Shown: piece by piece, positions 11,861 to 21,306 of the stretch
How the letters are laid out: each line of letters starts with the position of its first letter
How positions within the stretch are numbered: position 1 is the stretch's first letter
Assembly (NCBI GenBank): GCA_003538775.1
Contig: DPRG01000105.1
Span: forward strand, 12,476-76,475
Reading direction: 5' to 3'
Length of the DNA: 64,000 bases
Source: Thermotogota bacterium
Lineage (GTDB): Bacteria; Thermotogota; Thermotogae; UBA12178
Program-made: the position numbers and the translations under genes
Notes under the pieces: generated by a model
Database searches by the model: none
What the model was told of the DNA's origin: nothing
The model's input: only the letters and a program-made list of their open reading frames with translations

Positions 11861-12943
11861 GTGTGGTCGGTGGATCTGTCTGTTGAAATCTGTGGACTTA
11901 AGTTCAGAAACCCGCTTCTTCCTGCTTCGGGTCCTCTTGTCGGCGACGCCGAGAAACTACTCTTTTTATACGAGCAGGGTGTTGGAGGCCTTGTTACAAA
12001 AACGATTTCAACGAAGGCAGCTGAGGTCCCACGGCCATGTATCTATGCTACCAGGGATCTTGTAATCAACGCAGAGTTGTGGTCTGAATATCCCCCAGAA
12101 TACTGGAAAAAAGAGGTTTTTCCAAAGATAAGAGATCTGGATATTCCCGTGATTGTCAGCCTTGGATACACGGAATCAGACGTGGATATTCTCGTACCCA
12201 TGTTCGACGAAAACGCTGATGCTTTCGAATTTTCGACGCATTATGTGGGGAAATCGCTTGATCCTATAGTTGCCGTGGTGAAAACCGCGAGGAAACACAC
12301 CAGAAAACCCATATTCATGAAACTGAGCCCTCACATGCCCGATCCCGTTGAATTTGCGAAGGTCGTTAAGGAAGCTGGTGCTGACGGGATAGTTGCGACC
12401 AACTCGCTTGGTCCGGTGTATGTGGCTGACAAAAAAACAGGAAAAAGCCCCCTTGGAAGCACGGGAGGTTATGGATGGATCTCAGGTCCGGTGTTGAAAC
12501 CCATCTCGCTGGCTATAGTCAGAAGAATAGCGGAAGAGGTGGATATCCCGATCATTGGCGTTGGTGGCGTGGCAAAAGCAGAGGATGTACTCGATTACCT
12601 GGAATCCGGAGCAAGCGCGGTCCAGATGCTTTCGGCAGCTTTGATATTTGGGAAGCAGCTTTATGGAAAGATAGTTTCCTCGCTTCCTCAGGTGCTCGAA
12701 AAGAAGGGTTATTCGAATGTCAAAGACGCAATAAAACGACCGATTCGATCCCAGGCAACCTACCAGAGGAATCTTCCAAGGGTCGATATGGAAAAATGCA
12801 CTCTATGTAGGCTATGTGAATACGTATGTCCATATTTCGCCATAACCGTTGCCGAAACCGTTATTGTCAACGAGGATGCCTGCTTTGGCTGTGGGTTGTG
12901 TCAATCGCGCTGCCCCGTTTCTGCTATTGAGGGAGTGTTCTAA
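11861..12943 (+). CDS. dihydroorotate dehydrogenase-family flavoprotein fused to C-terminal 2x[4Fe-4S] ferredoxin domain (PreA/DHOD-1B-like)
   Basis: N-term LKFRNPLLPASGPL DHOD fold; C-term CTLCRLCEYVCP...CFGCGLCQSRCP; GTG start. Confidence 0.7.
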   Translation: MWSVDLSVEICGLKFRNPLLPASGPLVGDAEKLLFLYEQGVGGLVTKTISTKAAEVPRPCIYATRDLVINAELWSEYPPEYWKKEVFPKIRDLDIPVIVSLGYTESDVDILVPMFDENADAFEFSTHYVGKSLDPIVAVVKTARKHTRKPIFMKLSPHMPDPVEFAKVVKEAGADGIVATNSLGPVYVADKKTGKSPLGSTGGYGWISGPVLKPISLAIVRRIAEEVDIPIIGVGGVAKAEDVLDYLESGASAVQMLSAALIFGKQLYGKIVSSLPQVLEKKGYSNVKDAIKRPIRSQATYQRNLPRVDMEKCTLCRLCEYVCPYFAITVAETVIVNEDACFGCGLCQSRCPVSAIEGVF

Positions 12944-12944
12944 A

Positions 12945-14183
12945 TTGAAGCATCTCCTTAAATGTGTAACCTGTGGAAGAGAGTTCGAGCCGGAGCCATC
13001 CCTTTACACCTGTCCCCATTGTGGGGACAGGTTTGGTACTTTGGAGGTTCTGTATGATTACGACAGAGCCCATTTCGACTCTCTTTCACCACACAGCGAA
13101 CTGGGCATTGGTCAGTTCCTTCCGCTTTTGCCGTTGGAGGGTCTTCCGGAACTTCCTTTTGTCGTGGGAAACACCCCTTTGATAAAACTCGAGAAGTTCG
13201 AAAGGCGTTATGGATTGAAGGCTTTCTATCTTAAAGACGACGGCAGAAATCCCACCGCCAGCTACAAGGATCGCGCCACGTACGTTGTCATAGGAAAGGC
13301 GCAGGAATGGGGTTTCAAAACGATCTTTGCCGCTTCCACAGGAAACGCTGCTACATCCCTTGCGGGCCTTACAGCGGCAGCTGGCCTGAAGGCCGTTGTT
13401 TTCGTCCCCGCGAGGATACCCGAAGGCAAACTCGCACAACTTCTCGTTTACGGCGCCACGGTTTTGATCGTCGACGGTTCGTACGATGATGCTTACGATC
13501 TCGCTGTGGAGGTGGGATTCAAGAAAGGATGGTACTGCAGGAATACCGCTATCAACCCCTATCTTCTGGAAGGCAAAAAGACAGGAGCTCTTGAACTTGC
13601 CTTGCAACTGAACTGGGACGTCCCGGATGTTGTTTTCGTTCCTGTGGGAGACGGCACGGTGATAAGCGGTATCTGTAAAGGTTTTATGGAGCTGAAAAAG
13701 ATAAGACGAATAGATACCATTCCAGCAGTTATTGGTGTGCAGGCAGAAGGCTCAGATATAGTCAAGCGTGTTTTCGAGCATTACATTGCAACAGGTGAGA
13801 TAGTTTTGATGGACAGAGAGGCTTCCACTATTGCAGACAGTATATCCGCTGGCAAGCCAAGGGATGTGGTTAAAGCCGTCAGGTATGTGAAGGAAACGGG
13901 CGGTACCTTTCTTTCCGTTAGTGACGAAGAGATTGGTACCGCGCTGGTGAGCCTGGCGAGGGAGACAGGCGTATTTGTGGAACCTGCCGCTGCTGCTTCA
14001 TATGCGGGATTTTTAAAGATGGCGGAGACAGGGGATTTGAAAAACAAAAGAGTTGCGGTTTTCGCGACAGGGAATGGTTTGAAGGATGTCAAAACCGCGC
14101 AGAGTTTTGTTGGGAAGGCTTTAAGGGTTTCCAACGATCCAGAAGAGGCCTTCCGCCTTTTGGATAAAATGGAGACTGTGTGA
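12945..14183 (+). CDS. thrC: threonine synthase with N-terminal zinc ribbon
   Basis: CVTCGREF...CPHCGD ribbon then PLP fold-type II with the PLP lysine in NPTASYKDRATY; TTG start 12945 after GAGGGAG (track 12849 overlaps upstream gene). Confidence 0.75.
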   Translation: MKHLLKCVTCGREFEPEPSLYTCPHCGDRFGTLEVLYDYDRAHFDSLSPHSELGIGQFLPLLPLEGLPELPFVVGNTPLIKLEKFERRYGLKAFYLKDDGRNPTASYKDRATYVVIGKAQEWGFKTIFAASTGNAATSLAGLTAAAGLKAVVFVPARIPEGKLAQLLVYGATVLIVDGSYDDAYDLAVEVGFKKGWYCRNTAINPYLLEGKKTGALELALQLNWDVPDVVFVPVGDGTVISGICKGFMELKKIRRIDTIPAVIGVQAEGSDIVKRVFEHYIATGEIVLMDREASTIADSISAGKPRDVVKAVRYVKETGGTFLSVSDEEIGTALVSLARETGVFVEPAAAASYAGFLKMAETGDLKNKRVAVFATGNGLKDVKTAQSFVGKALRVSNDPEEAFRLLDKMETV

Positions 14184-14186
14184 TGA

Positions 14187-14221
14187 GAATCGGGCGGATT
14201 AGCCGCCCGATTCTTTTGTTT
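14187..14221 (+). terminator. rho-independent terminator (11-bp GC-rich stem gaatcgggcgg/ccgcccgattc plus T-run)
   Basis: Perfect inverted repeat and TTTTGTTT tail immediately after thrC stop; convergent with E2 gene. Confidence 0.6.
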
Positions 14222-14266
14222 CAAGGATTGTCATTTGCCTTTTAAGATGAAAATGGGAGTGACTCT

Positions 14267-15514
14267 TTATAAAAGAGTTCTCAGGGGCATTTCGATCATA
14301 CGTTTGAGGTCTTGGAGGAACGCCGCACCTACAGCGCCATCTATCACTCTGTGATCGCAGGAAAGAGTCAGTCTGATAACGAGATGGATGTGTATCTCTC
14401 CATCTTCAACTATGGGTTCATCGTGGATCTTTCCAACAGCAAGAATCGCGGAAGCGGGAGGATTGATGATGGCTGTGAATTCTTCTATATCGAACATCCC
14501 GAGATTGCTTATCGTGAAGGTTGCACCTGTATATTCTTCTGGATTCAATCTACCTTGACGCGCTCTTTCAATCAGGTCTTTAAGTTCTTCGGATATTTTC
14601 AGTATGCCTTTGGACCCGCAATCACGTACCACTGGGGTGATCAGTCCATCTTCTTGAGCGACCGCGAGACCGATGTCTATGCGTTTATAAAGAAGGATTT
14701 TGTCTTCGCCCCATGAGGCGTTGATCCTTGGATGTTTTTTCAGCGCCTCCGCTACCAGCTTGATAAGGAATGCGTTAAAGGAAATCTTCATGCCTGTTTC
14801 TTCTTCGAGTATCCTTCTTGTCTTCATCAATTCATCCACTATCACCTTTGTTCTCAGGTAGTAATGTGGAGCGGAGAATTTAGATTCGGAGAGCCTTTTC
14901 GCAATGATCTTTCTCTTCTGGGTTATCGGTATCTCCTGTATTTCAGAGGTTTCAGCAGATGCTATCGCGGGTTTGATAATTCCAGCGGGCGGCGTCAAAG
15001 TGGTGGAACTGATTGCCGCCTCTATATCACGCTTTATTATCCTTCCTCCAGGGCCAGAACCTTTTATTTTGGAGACATCTATTCCGTGTTCTTCAGCCAG
15101 TTTTTTCGCCAGTGGGGATATCTTCAACCGTTTGGATTGTTCCTCAACGGTGGTTTCGTGAGCTTTCTCCGCTTTTTCTGGTGTTTTTTCAATGCTTGAT
15201 TTGGAGGCGCCTTCCACTTCAGCAGGTTGAGCTTCCACCTTTGGTTGTTCCTCTGTTTCTAAATCCAGGGTTTCACCTTCTTCACCCAGTATCGCGATTG
15301 GTTCACCCACTCGTGCGGTTTTTCCTTCGGGAACGAGAATTTTAAGGAGAACTCCCGAAGCAGGGGATTCGTATTCCATAGCGGCTTTATCCGTTTCGAC
15401 CTCACAGATCACTTCCCCCATTTCTACTTTTTCGCCTTCCTTTTTCTTCCAGCTGATTATGGTCCCTTCTTCCATGGTGGGAGAAAGGGCCAGCATGGGG
15501 AGCTTTTCGGCCAT
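14267..15514 (-). CDS. dihydrolipoamide acyltransferase E2 component of 2-oxoacid dehydrogenase complex
   Basis: Lipoyl domain (EVETDKA), peripheral subunit-binding domain, catalytic DHRVIDGA motif. Confidence 0.85.
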   Translation of the reverse strand: MAEKLPMLALSPTMEEGTIISWKKKEGEKVEMGEVICEVETDKAAMEYESPASGVLLKILVPEGKTARVGEPIAILGEEGETLDLETEEQPKVEAQPAEVEGASKSSIEKTPEKAEKAHETTVEEQSKRLKISPLAKKLAEEHGIDVSKIKGSGPGGRIIKRDIEAAISSTTLTPPAGIIKPAIASAETSEIQEIPITQKRKIIAKRLSESKFSAPHYYLRTKVIVDELMKTRRILEEETGMKISFNAFLIKLVAEALKKHPRINASWGEDKILLYKRIDIGLAVAQEDGLITPVVRDCGSKGILKISEELKDLIERARQGRLNPEEYTGATFTISNLGMFDIEEFTAIINPPASAILAVGKIHDEPIVEDGEIHIHLVIRLTLSCDHRVIDGAVGAAFLQDLKRMIEMPLRTLL

Positions 15515-15530
15515 GGTGTCACCTCCTTTC

Positions 15531-16508
15531 TCAAAGATATAGAACCTTCTTGATCGCAGACACTATCTTGTCTGTGGTTGGCTGAGCGGCAAGTTCCAGA
15601 GTGTGGTTGTAAGGCATGGGAACGTCTTCCATCGATACCAGTTCCACAGGTGCGTCGAGATAGTCAAACGTGTTTTTTGAGACGAGCCATCCCACGTAAG
15701 AGCCAAAGCTCGCCACCGGCCAGGCTTCTTCCACGATCACACATCTGTTGGTTTTTCTGACAGACCGGTATATCGTTTCTTCATCCAGGGGACGCAACGA
15801 TCTCAAATCGACTACCTCAACCTCTATACCTTCTTCTGATAAAGCGTCTACGGCTTCCATAACTGATTTTAATGGTTTGGAATAGGTGATTACCGTCACG
15901 TCCTTTCCTTCTCTTTTGATGTCAGCCTTTCCTATGGGGATGAGGTATTCCTCTTCAGGGACTTCTCCTTTCCACGAGTACATCAGTTCGGCTTCAAGAA
16001 AGATCACGGGGTTGTCGTCCCTTATAGCGGATTTTAAAAGACCCTTTGCATCGTAAGGCGTTGATGGTGCAACCACCTTCAAGCCAGGGACATGGGCGTA
16101 TATGCTCTGTAGGGCTTGTGAATGCTGAGCGGCAAGACATTCCGCTGGTCCGTTCGGCCCTCTGAAAACGATCGGTACATTGAACTGTCCGCCGGACATA
16201 TAAAGCATTTTGGCCGCGTTGTTTATCACCTGATCAATCGCCATAAGCGAGAAGTTGAATGTCATCCATTCGACTATGGGGCGCAAACCGGCTATAGCTG
16301 CTCCTACACCAATACCTGTGAAACCCTCTTCGGAAATGGGTGTATCTATAACCCTTTCGGGTCCGTATTTTTCGAGAAGCCCCTGGCTAACTTTGTAAGC
16401 GCCGTTGTATTCGCCAACTTCTTCGCCGATAAGTATCACACGTTCGTCCCTTGCCATCTCTTCGTCCATGGCCTGTCTCAGTGCTTCACGGAATGTTATC
16501 ATCGCCAT
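15531..16508 (-). CDS. 2-oxoacid dehydrogenase E1 beta subunit (transketolase-like)
   Basis: MAMITFREALRQAMDEEM... typical E1 beta. Confidence 0.9.
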   Translation of the reverse strand: MAMITFREALRQAMDEEMARDERVILIGEEVGEYNGAYKVSQGLLEKYGPERVIDTPISEEGFTGIGVGAAIAGLRPIVEWMTFNFSLMAIDQVINNAAKMLYMSGGQFNVPIVFRGPNGPAECLAAQHSQALQSIYAHVPGLKVVAPSTPYDAKGLLKSAIRDDNPVIFLEAELMYSWKGEVPEEEYLIPIGKADIKREGKDVTVITYSKPLKSVMEAVDALSEEGIEVEVVDLRSLRPLDEETIYRSVRKTNRCVIVEEAWPVASFGSYVGWLVSKNTFDYLDAPVELVSMEDVPMPYNHTLELAAQPTTDKIVSAIKKVLYL

Positions 16509-16512
16509 GTTC

Positions 16513-17487
16513 TCACCTCTCTTCTACCAGCACGTCTTTATAAAGTTCTTCAAGAGGTGGTTCGGGACTTTTCTCAGCGAATTGGACGGCTTCTTCAACC
16601 TGAGCGATCACACTCTTTTGAATCTGTTCGAATGCTTCTTGGGTTAAAACATTCCATTCGAGCATTTTGGATTTCAAACGTTCTATTGGATCGAGTTTGC
16701 GATACTCTTCTACCTCTTCTTTTGTGCGGTATTTCGCTGGATCGCTCATTGAGTGTCCTTTATAACGATAGGTTTTTATCTCGAAGAACATGGGGATCCT
16801 TTCTTTCCTGACGTTTTCCACCGCTGCCTTCATCTCCTCGTAAACGGTAAGAACATCCATCCCGTCGATAGTCTTTCCCGGAACATCGTAAGCCACGGTC
16901 ATCTTTGAAAACTCCGTGACGGCTGACACCCTTTTGTAAAAGGTACCCATGCCGTATTGGTTGTTCTCACAGATGTAGATGATTGGAAGGTTCCATATCC
17001 TTGCCATATTAAGGCTCTCGTGAAAGGCCCCCTGATGTATAGCGCCGTCGCCGAAAAAGCAGAGAACTACACCGTCTTCTTTCATGTTTCTTATCTTCAA
17101 TGCCACGCCAGTTGCCACGGGTATCTGACTTCCAACAATACCGTTTCCACCTAACATATGGTGCTCCGAGTCGAAGAAGTGCATGGAGCCACCTTTACCT
17201 TTGGAGCAGCCCGTTGCCTTTCCGAAAAGTTCAGCCATCGCGGCCTTTGGATCCATACCACATGCGAGGGCATGGCCGTGATCTCTGTAAGCTGCCACTA
17301 CGTAGTCCCTGGAGAGATCAAGGGCGGCAATAGAACCGACTGCCACTGCCTCCTGCCCGATGTAAAGGTGCAGAAAACCGCAGATTTTTCTCAGACCGTA
17401 CATCTGGGCAGCCTTTTCTTCGAAAAAGCGTATCAGCAACATCTTTTCGAGCAGGGTTTTCAGAAAAGAGGGTTCGTATTGGTTCAT
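16513..17487 (-). CDS. 2-oxoacid dehydrogenase E1 alpha subunit (TPP-dependent)
   Basis: YRDHGHA, GDGA...NN TPP motif region; E1 alpha family. Confidence 0.9.
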   Translation of the reverse strand: MNQYEPSFLKTLLEKMLLIRFFEEKAAQMYGLRKICGFLHLYIGQEAVAVGSIAALDLSRDYVVAAYRDHGHALACGMDPKAAMAELFGKATGCSKGKGGSMHFFDSEHHMLGGNGIVGSQIPVATGVALKIRNMKEDGVVLCFFGDGAIHQGAFHESLNMARIWNLPIIYICENNQYGMGTFYKRVSAVTEFSKMTVAYDVPGKTIDGMDVLTVYEEMKAAVENVRKERIPMFFEIKTYRYKGHSMSDPAKYRTKEEVEEYRKLDPIERLKSKMLEWNVLTQEAFEQIQKSVIAQVEEAVQFAEKSPEPPLEELYKDVLVEER

Positions 17488-17939
17488 TCCGATTCACCTC
17501 CATTAAAACGAGCGACCTTCAATTCACCTTTTAGTGGGATAAAGTAGGCCATCTCTTCTATGACTGTTTCGAGGACCAGCAGTTTTTGCAGATGGTCATG
17601 ACGTATCTTCCACAGTGTCGTCAACTTTCCACCTATAGATTCGAGAACCTCTGCACGAAGGGCCGGGTTATCGATAACGTTTACCTTGCCTCTCACGTTT
17701 ATTATCCGATCGAGGTTCCTGGACTGGAGTAACCATTCTACGTTTGGGTTTTCAGCTATCTGCTTCAGTTTGGGTGAGCTCTCGATAGTAACCGAAAAAA
17801 GAGCGCCAGGCCTTCCTTTTAGTATTCCCACCGTCATCCAACGAGCTCGCGGGTAACCGTTTTCTACGGTGGTCAATACGCCTACGTTTGTATCGTCAAC
17901 TATTTCCGAAAGCAGTCTCAACGCTTCTTCTCTCTTCAT
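17484..17939 (-). CDS. pyridoxamine 5'-phosphate oxidase-like FMN-binding protein
   Basis: PNPOx-like fold (general stress protein 26 family), 151 aa; ATGA-coupled to E1 alpha. Confidence 0.55.
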   Translation of the reverse strand: MKREEALRLLSEIVDDTNVGVLTTVENGYPRARWMTVGILKGRPGALFSVTIESSPKLKQIAENPNVEWLLQSRNLDRIINVRGKVNVIDNPALRAEVLESIGGKLTTLWKIRHDHLQKLLVLETVIEEMAYFIPLKGELKVARFNGGESE

Positions 17940-18840
17940 GATATCCCTCCTTTTTCGATATTTCCATTATATGTTTGAAAACGACGGGATCGAGCGTCAC
18001 ATCGAGAAAGTCCATGAAAGGGTTTTTATCACTGTCACTGAGAGGTTCTATTTGCCGTATGATTCCGTCAGCTATGGAGAAAACGAACCTTCCGATCATC
18101 AGTTTAAAATGAGGAGCATTACCGAAAATCCACTTTCTACTCGAAAACAACTTCAAGAGATCTTCCGTTTCATGAAACGTGTTTTTATCTATGTACATGA
18201 CTTCAGGGTCGCAATTCAGTGTTTTTGCGAGTGATCTCAAAAACGCTTCCAAAACATCAGATTCGTCTATGGGTATGAAGTCCGAAAGGTTGGCAACTTC
18301 AGAAGGGACGGATTTCACGGCACGGGAAACGACAAGATCGCTGAATACGGGCTTCAGGACCCTGCGGAGGCGATGAAGATCGCTCTTGATAAGCAACGTC
18401 CCGTGATGAATCGCCTTTTCTTTGGTGTATCGATAGGCGCTTCCGGATATTTTGTACCCGCCCACAATGATATCTTTTCGTTCATTTACACACGCTTCAA
18501 CTCCCAGCTTCCTCAACATTTGAATGAGGACGGAGAAGTTCTCTTCTATATTCAGATCGTTCTTCCAGTTTATGAAGCTGAAGTTCAGATTGCCGGGGTC
18601 ATGATACACCGCTCCGCCGCCAGAGGTTCTTCTCACGATATTGATTCCTTCTTCGTATGCCTTGAGTACATCAAATTCTGCCCATGGGATCTGGTGCTTT
18701 CCCATAACAACTGAGTCGGCGTTTGTCCATAAGAAGATGAACTGTCCCTTTGCGGAAAGGGTGTTGAAAAGTGTTTCTTCCAACGCTTGATTTAGATAGG
18801 GATCGCGTTCCTGTGATATGAAAACGGATACTTTTGACAT
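17896..18840 (-). CDS. lplA: lipoate-protein ligase A
   Basis: LplA/LipB family BPL_LplA_LipB domain (RRTSGGGAVYHD; lysine in GGYKISGSA); overlaps the downstream ORF by 44 nt. Confidence 0.8.
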   Translation of the reverse strand: MSKVSVFISQERDPYLNQALEETLFNTLSAKGQFIFLWTNADSVVMGKHQIPWAEFDVLKAYEEGINIVRRTSGGGAVYHDPGNLNFSFINWKNDLNIEENFSVLIQMLRKLGVEACVNERKDIIVGGYKISGSAYRYTKEKAIHHGTLLIKSDLHRLRRVLKPVFSDLVVSRAVKSVPSEVANLSDFIPIDESDVLEAFLRSLAKTLNCDPEVMYIDKNTFHETEDLLKLFSSRKWIFGNAPHFKLMIGRFVFSIADGIIRQIEPLSDSDKNPFMDFLDVTLDPVVFKHIMEISKKEGYHEERRSVETAFGNS

Positions 18841-18917
18841 AGTACAATTCTACCAGTTTTTGGACCGGGTGATGTAGAATTGAATTGTAAAGTTGAAGGT
18901 CGAAATGGGGGATACGA

Positions 18918-20261
18918 TTGGCTAAAAAACGCACGGTGTATGTCTGTGATAACTGCGGTTATGAATCGCCCAAATGGTTTGGTAGATGTCCCTCCTGCGG
19001 AGAATGGAATACGGCAAAGCAGTTTTCCGTTGAATCGGAGACCAAGAGCGAGCGCACCGGGGAGCTTTCACAACCTGTTTCCATTCTCGAGGTTCCAGAT
19101 ACAGAAAGTGAAAGGATCTCCACAGGATTCGTCGAGCTCGACAGGATACTCGGTGGTGGACTTGTCCCGGGGAGCGTTGTTCTCATTGGCGGTGAGCCTG
19201 GGATAGGAAAGAGTACTCTGATGATGCAGGTATCAGCTTCAATGGCCCTTCGAGGAAACGTTTACTATGTTTCTGGTGAGGAATCACCAGCTCAGTTGAA
19301 ATCGAGGGCGAGAAGGTTGAACGCGCTGAAGGAGAACATATACCTGAGCTCCGAGCCCGTGGTCGATAGGGTCACAAAGAGGTTTACATCCCCTGTTCTC
19401 GTTGTTTTTGATTCGCTTCAAACGTTGAGATTATCGACTCTCGAGACCTTTCCCGGAAGTGTTTCCCAGATCAGGGACAGCGTGATGAAAGTGATGGAGC
19501 TGGCGAAGGGTATGGGTGTGCCCGTTTTTCTTGTGGGCCACGTCACCAAAGAGGGCCAGATTGCTGGACCAAAACTCGTGGAGCATCTCGTTGACGTTGT
19601 GATCTATTTTGAGGGTGAAAGAAGAGAGGATTTGAGGATTCTCAGAACAACCAAAAATCGTTTCGGGCCGTCCGGTGAAGTGGCTTTGTTTGAGATGACT
19701 GATACTGGATTAAGAGAGATCACCAACCCTTCATTCATTCTTCCAGAAGGACTTTCAGGCGCGCCAGGAGCGGCGTTCGGCATCACCGTGGAGGGCACGA
19801 GGCCTATATGTATAGAAGTTCAGGCACTTGTGAGTAAGATGCAATTTGGCACACCAAGGAGAACAGCGCTTGGTCTTGATCCTATTCGCATGACAACATT
19901 GAGTGCGGTCCTTTCAAGACATCTGAAGTTACCCCTCGAATACAGGGATATCTATGCGAGCGTGATAGGTGGTTTGAGGGTTACGGATCCCGCGACGGAT
20001 CTCGCTATGGCCGGCGCAATGCTCAGTTCGCTTTTTGATATTCCTTTGCCTCCATCCACCGTTCTTGTGGGTGAGATAAGCCTCGATGGTAGTGTGAGAG
20101 CACCGTCAAACATCTTGAAACGCCTCAGGGCTGCCGAAGCTTCCGGCTTTGAAAGAGCGTGGTGCCCGGCAATGAAGGATAAATCCACCGGTATCGATGT
20201 GATCGAAATAAACAGTGTGAAAGATTTGGGAAGACTGGTAACGGAGCTAGCGAGGGGGTGA
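18918..20261 (+). CDS. radA: DNA repair protein RadA/Sms
   Basis: N-terminal C4 zinc finger (CDNCGYESPKWFGRCPSCGEWN), RecA-like Walker A GEPGIGKST, Lon-like C-terminus; TTG start after GGGGGA. Confidence 0.9.
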   Translation: MAKKRTVYVCDNCGYESPKWFGRCPSCGEWNTAKQFSVESETKSERTGELSQPVSILEVPDTESERISTGFVELDRILGGGLVPGSVVLIGGEPGIGKSTLMMQVSASMALRGNVYYVSGEESPAQLKSRARRLNALKENIYLSSEPVVDRVTKRFTSPVLVVFDSLQTLRLSTLETFPGSVSQIRDSVMKVMELAKGMGVPVFLVGHVTKEGQIAGPKLVEHLVDVVIYFEGERREDLRILRTTKNRFGPSGEVALFEMTDTGLREITNPSFILPEGLSGAPGAAFGITVEGTRPICIEVQALVSKMQFGTPRRTALGLDPIRMTTLSAVLSRHLKLPLEYRDIYASVIGGLRVTDPATDLAMAGAMLSSLFDIPLPPSTVLVGEISLDGSVRAPSNILKRLRAAEASGFERAWCPAMKDKSTGIDVIEINSVKDLGRLVTELARG

Positions 20262-21271
20262 AAAAGGTGCTCAGGGAGATTACTCTTGATCTGGTAAGGG
20301 TTACAGAAGCCGCGGCACTGGTCAGCAGCCTCCAACTTGGTAGAGGAGATAAGGAAGCGGTGGATCGGGCGGCTGTCGATGCTATGCGCGGCATGCTCGA
20401 TTACATTCCCATGAGGGCGACGGTGGTGATCGGTGAAGGTGAAAAGGATAAGGCCCCAATGTTGTATATTGGGGAAAAGGTAGGGACCTGGGAAGCTGAT
20501 TCTCCAGAATACGACATCGCTGTCGATCCGGTGGATGGGACGAGGTTGGTGGCCTATGGATTATCGAACGCGATAAGCGTACTCGCAGCAGCGGAAAAGG
20601 GTGCCATTACATACCTTCCAACTTTCTATAGCTGGAAGCTGGCCGTGGGGCCTGAACTGGCGGGAAAGCTCGATTTGAATTTGAGTATAACCGAAAATTT
20701 GAGAAGAGCCTCTGAAGTCCTTGGTGTTAAGATCTCGGAAATAACCGTTGTTGTCCTTAATCGAGATAGACACAGGGATATCATAGAGGAGATAAGAAGT
20801 GCCGGAGCCCGAATAAAGCTTATAAGCGATGGTGATGTAGCTGCTGCAATAGCCACAGCCATTCCAGAAAGCGGAGTGGATATTTATATGGGGATTGGCG
20901 GCTCTCCAGAGGCTATCCTTGCCGCAGCGGCCTTGAGATGCCTGGGTGGAGAGATGCAGTTGAGATTGTGGCCACACAGTCGAGAAGAAAAGGAAAAAGT
21001 TCTTTCGGATGGTTATGATCTCGAAAGGATTTACAGGACTGAGGAGCTTGTGAGCGGTGAAGACGTTGTTTTTGTGGCTACCGGGATTACATCAGGGGAT
21101 TTTTTGAAAGGTGTGAGGTACATGAGGGATAAGGTGATAACAGAATCCATTGCCATGAGAGCCAGAAGCCGCACGGTGAGGAAAATCACGGCGTATCATG
21201 ATGTGAAGCATAAACACGTACCTTTGAAATCTCGCGGAGGGGATGTGAGTTTCTTTGAACTTCAGCGTTGA
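20258..21271 (+). CDS. glpX: fructose-1,6-bisphosphatase class II
   Basis: GlpX family (LVRVTEAAAL, DPVDGT); GTG start overlapping radA stop. Confidence 0.85.
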   Translation: MKKVLREITLDLVRVTEAAALVSSLQLGRGDKEAVDRAAVDAMRGMLDYIPMRATVVIGEGEKDKAPMLYIGEKVGTWEADSPEYDIAVDPVDGTRLVAYGLSNAISVLAAAEKGAITYLPTFYSWKLAVGPELAGKLDLNLSITENLRRASEVLGVKISEITVVVLNRDRHRDIIEEIRSAGARIKLISDGDVAAAIATAIPESGVDIYMGIGGSPEAILAAAALRCLGGEMQLRLWPHSREEKEKVLSDGYDLERIYRTEELVSGEDVVFVATGITSGDFLKGVRYMRDKVITESIAMRARSRTVRKITAYHDVKHKHVPLKSRGGDVSFFELQR

Positions 21272-21306
21272 AAAATATGTCAAACTGATGGTAAGGGGTT
21301 CAAACC

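Noticed and set aside
12475-12810. 111-aa internal ORF in an alternative frame
   Set aside because: Fully embedded in the DHOD-like gene; Arg/Gly-rich translation typical of an out-of-frame GC-rich region.
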